Made by a program: the position numbers and the translations under genes. The notes beneath the pieces are model-generated. The model worked only from the letters and a program-made list of their open reading frames with translations. It was not told the DNA's origin and searched no databases. Of a stretch of 32,000 bases of DNA, positions 29,188 to 32,000 are shown piece by piece. Source of the stretch: Candidatus Aldehydirespiratoraceae bacterium (GTDB lineage: Bacteria > Actinomycetota > Acidimicrobiia > Acidimicrobiales > Aldehydirespiratoraceae); NCBI GenBank assembly GCA_965208435.1, contig OZ242337.1, positions 1,422,100-1,454,099 of the forward strand, read 5' to 3'. Within the stretch, counting starts at the first letter, position 1, and every line of letters begins with the position of its first letter.

Positions 29188-29367
29188 TCAGGTGACCGCT
29201 ACGCCCAACGCAACGACAGCAAAGCCGATTACAATGCCGGTGGCCAGGCCCGCAAAGAACGAACCCCAGCCCCAAGGGGCCTCAAGGCTCTCCATTGGTT
29301 CCATCTGTAGCGATAGCGATGCGGTTTCAACATCGACGCTAGCGGGGGCCAAGTCAACGATAGTCAT
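29188..29367 (-). CDS. RiPP precursor peptide 2 (daptide-like, C-terminal Thr)
   Basis: 59 aa MTIVDLAPASVDVETASLSLQMEPMESLEAPWGWGSFFAGLATGIVIGFAVVALGVAVT; strong SD GGGGAGGTGA before the internal ATG; ORF track over-extends it to 29448. Confidence 0.85.
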   Translation of the reverse strand: MTIVDLAPASVDVETASLSLQMEPMESLEAPWGWGSFFAGLATGIVIGFAVVALGVAVT

Positions 29368-29814
29368 TTTCACCTCCCCTCTAGTGGTAGGAAGTGCGGA
29401 ATTCGGGCAACAGCAACGGAGGCAAGACGCTGGAAAATAGCGGGGCATCTCTTTCGGAAATGTCAGGAATACCTACGACTATATGACTTCTCTGTGTGTC
29501 GCGCAAGCCGGGGCCAAGTTCTTGGACCATGCCGATTCGACGCCAGCACCAAAAGCTGAGGCACGGAGAAACCGCCTATCGAATTTCGAGGGGAGGGGGG
29601 AGTGACACTAAGGTGGCTCTAGGGGCTCGCCTTCTCTTGGGATTTGTCAGGAAACACTTCTTTTTGCGGGGGCGAGCCTCTCGTATCCCAGTTCCCACCC
29701 AACGAGACACGCAAGCCCAGGGTCTTCTTCACGGGCTCTCACCGCCGACTGATTCCCCGCAACGGAGACACCCGCAGGACAGCGACAGAGAATGCTGGTT
29801 CTGGCGGCGCCCCC

Positions 29815-30480
29815 TAACCCGGATTTTTCAGTAGGGGGTCTGTGTGGGGGTGGTTGCTTTCACGAGATGCCCTCCTGGTGTGGGAGAATCAGGTTTGCAA
29901 GGAGATTCTGGGGCCACATCAGGGGGGCACTCGTATGGTGAATGAGCTTACTGGCAGTCGGCCGCGGTTGAGGTTCACTGGCGGGGGGCGGGGTCTGGCT
30001 GTTCATGCCGGGACGCGGCTGCTGGCTGATCTGGCCGACAACACGGGGTTGACGGCGGCGTTGTCTGAGGTGATGGCGTCGACCAAGGTGCGGGACCGGG
30101 GCCATGACCGGGGCCGGGTGCTTGCTGACGCGGCGGTGATGATCGCCGATGGTGGCGAGGCGATCAGCGATATCGCCGCGCTGGGTTGTCAGCGGGGGCT
30201 GTTCGGGGAGGTCGCGTCGCTGTCGACGCTGTGGCGGACCCTTGATGCTGCAGGGGGCCGTGTCGAACAGATCAAAGCGGCGCGGGCCACAGCGCGCCGC
30301 GCGGTGTGGGCCGCGGGCGCGGACCCGGGGTTCTATGTGATCGACATCGACGCCACGCTGGTGGACTCGCACTCAAACAAGCAGGGCGCCGCGGGGACCT
30401 ACAAGGGCGGCTTCGGGTTCCATCCGCTGATGGCGTACCTCGACGCGACCGGCGAGGCGCTGGCCGGTCTTTTGGGAGGT
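29815..30480 (+). mobile_element. 5' fragment of a second, different IS1380-type element
   Basis: IRL-like 'taacccggatttttcagtaggg', transposase from 29935 'MVNELTGSRPRLRF...FYVIDIDATLVDSHSNKQGAAGTYKGGFGFHPLMAYLDATGEALAGLL' cut at ~30480. Confidence 0.75.
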
Positions 30481-31311
30481 GTCAGATGCTCTGTGTTTGG
30501 CGGGTTTACATGCCCCGAACACGGTGCCGTGGAAGCACCACAGTTGGTTGGGCCGCCACTCACACCAGTTTGGCCACGGCGTCTTGATTTTCTTGGCGGG
30601 GCGTGGCGTGCCGGCCAGCGCAAGGCCGTGACCTGCAAGAACGCGGTCCACCGTTGAGGGCGACACCCACACACGGCCCAGATACGAACCGCGGTGCGCG
30701 AGTTTGCGATGCGACCGGTCGATGTCACCCCACTCGTTGAACAGCGCCACGATCTCGTCGCGTTCAGAACCGAGCAGACTGTGGATCGCCCAGCCGCCCG
30801 CTCGGGCATCATCAAGAGTCCCCCCGGCGCGGCGCAGGCTCCAGCGCCACACCCGGCGGCGGTCCACACCCAGCACCGCACAAACCCGGTCCAGTGTCCA
30901 GCCAGCGTCGACGGCATCGTCGATCAACCCCAACAGCACAGACTTGGCGGTCCCATCAATACGGGCGGGGACACCACCGCTCACACCTCAACCCGATATT
31001 CGGTGCAGCACCGCCAGCTCCACAGCCTGTTCGACCACAGTACGCCCCAGCCGTTCCACCTCCGAGCGCAACGCTGCGGCCTCGGTCGTCTCGGCTTGGG
31101 ACTGACGCCGCCGCCCGGGCTTCGACGTACCCAAAGCCGCGACCGCCCCGTCCCGGGCCACCGCACGCAGCCGAGCGATCACCGACCGGTCCACACCAGC
31201 CTCCGCGGCCGCTTGGGCCTGAGTGACCTGACCGGTGAGCATCCGCACCCACAGGTCGTACTTCTGCTCTGCTGTCAACAGCTTCTTCGGTTTTCTCTGC
31301 TCGGAACTCAT
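30481..31311 (-). mobile_element. IS3/IS481-like element remnant (two-ORF transposase, truncated integrase domain)
   Basis: 30988-31311 orfA-like HTH 'LLTAEQKYDLWVRMLTGQVTQAQAAAEAGVDRSVIARLRAVA'; orfB-like (ORF 30373-30984) '...IKTPWPNWCEWRPNQLWCF' loses homology to rve after WCF. Confidence 0.65.
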
Positions 31312-31395
31312 AGGCTGCAGCCTCCTGTCCTAAGACCGCCAACCCTGCCCGATGCGACTTGAAAAAACTCAGAATCTGTCGCGCGAAGTCAGATG

Positions 31396-31721
31396 CAACA
31401 CACAACCTCTCAGCTCACAAGCACAAGACCATCCACAACTGGGCCTCTAACAACAACGTCGAGCTGTGCTACACACCGACCTACAGCTCCTGGGCCAACC
31501 CCATCGAGGCGCACTTCGGGCCGCTGCGAGAGTTCGTGCTCAACAACTCCGACCACCCCAACCACACCGTGCTCACCCGCCGGCTGCACGCCTACCTGCG
31601 CTGGCGCAACGCCAACGCCCGCGACCCCGACCTGCTCGCCGCGCAACGCCGCGAACGCGCACGAACCCGAGCCGAGAAAGGCCACCGCTGGGGCCGACCA
31701 CACCCACAAGCAGCATGAAAC
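31396..31721 (+). pseudogene. C-terminal fragment of an IS630-like transposase
   Basis: 'NNNVELCYTPTYSSWANPIEAHFGPLREFVLNNSDHPNHTVLTRRLHAYLRWRNANARDPDLLAAQRRERARTRAEKGHRWGRP' without the N-terminal two thirds. Confidence 0.65.
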
Positions 31722-32000
31722 ACCACGCGCGCAAACGTTTGTGGACACCGCACTAGCCCTGATCGTTCACGAGTATTTGTGATCGGGTTGGGTGTGCGTG
31801 TTTTGGTGGGGTTTCGGGGTTGGGGTTTCGGGGTTGGGGGGCGTGGGGTTCGCGGGCGGGTGTTTTGGGGTCTGGTCAGGCGTGTTGGGGTGTGTTGGGG
31901 CGTGTCGGGTCGGGGTGAATCAGGCCGTGTCGGGTCGGGGTGGGGGGTGTGTTTATGGGGCGCCGGGGCGGCAGGCGTGGAGGAGTTGTGGTGTTGTTGG

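Noticed and set aside
29496-29834. 112-aa + strand ORF upstream of the RiPP operon
   Set aside because: Lies over the probable operon promoter region; composition is not protein-like and there is no SD
22633-30480. Composite transposon bounded by two IS1380-type elements
   Set aside because: The two elements differ in sequence, the right one is truncated, the left one has its own perfect TSD from an independent insertion, and half of the RiPP operon lies outside

Overview
High-GC actinobacterial-type window in four blocks. (1) 63-8030: housekeeping genes: PPOX-like oxidoreductase, internally duplicated hypothetical protein, phosphotransferase, aldo/keto reductase, and an hspR-dnaJ-grpE-dnaK cluster. 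(2) 8232-17655: an anomalously AT-rich secreted orphan protein, then a sugar-uptake/amino-sugar operon (nagB, ROK kinase, ABC ATPase, YhfX-like PLP protein, permease, lipoprotein SBP, M20 peptidase, ROK repressor). (3) gpmA, then a minus-strand RiPP-like biosynthetic operon at 18588-29367. It has two unannotated ~58-59 aa precursor-like peptides that share LSLQMEPMESLEAPWGWGSFF and end in Thr. They are followed by a small membrane protein, ABC ATPase and permease, M50 intramembrane protease, a probable RiPP-recognition protein, SAM methyltransferase, class III aminotransferase, Fe-ADH-type dehydrogenase and a stand-alone YcaO. The gene set and the C-terminal Thr match daptide-type RiPPs (C-terminal Thr converted to a (dimethyl)diaminopropane). 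The YcaO, paired with Cys-free precursors, is the unusual addition. The methyltransferase is split by a 1613-bp IS1380-type element with a perfect 5-bp ATTAG duplication; in silico excision restores a 268-aa frame. (4) 29815-31720: nested transposase fragments upstream of the operon. All family assignments come from reading motifs; no database search was run.
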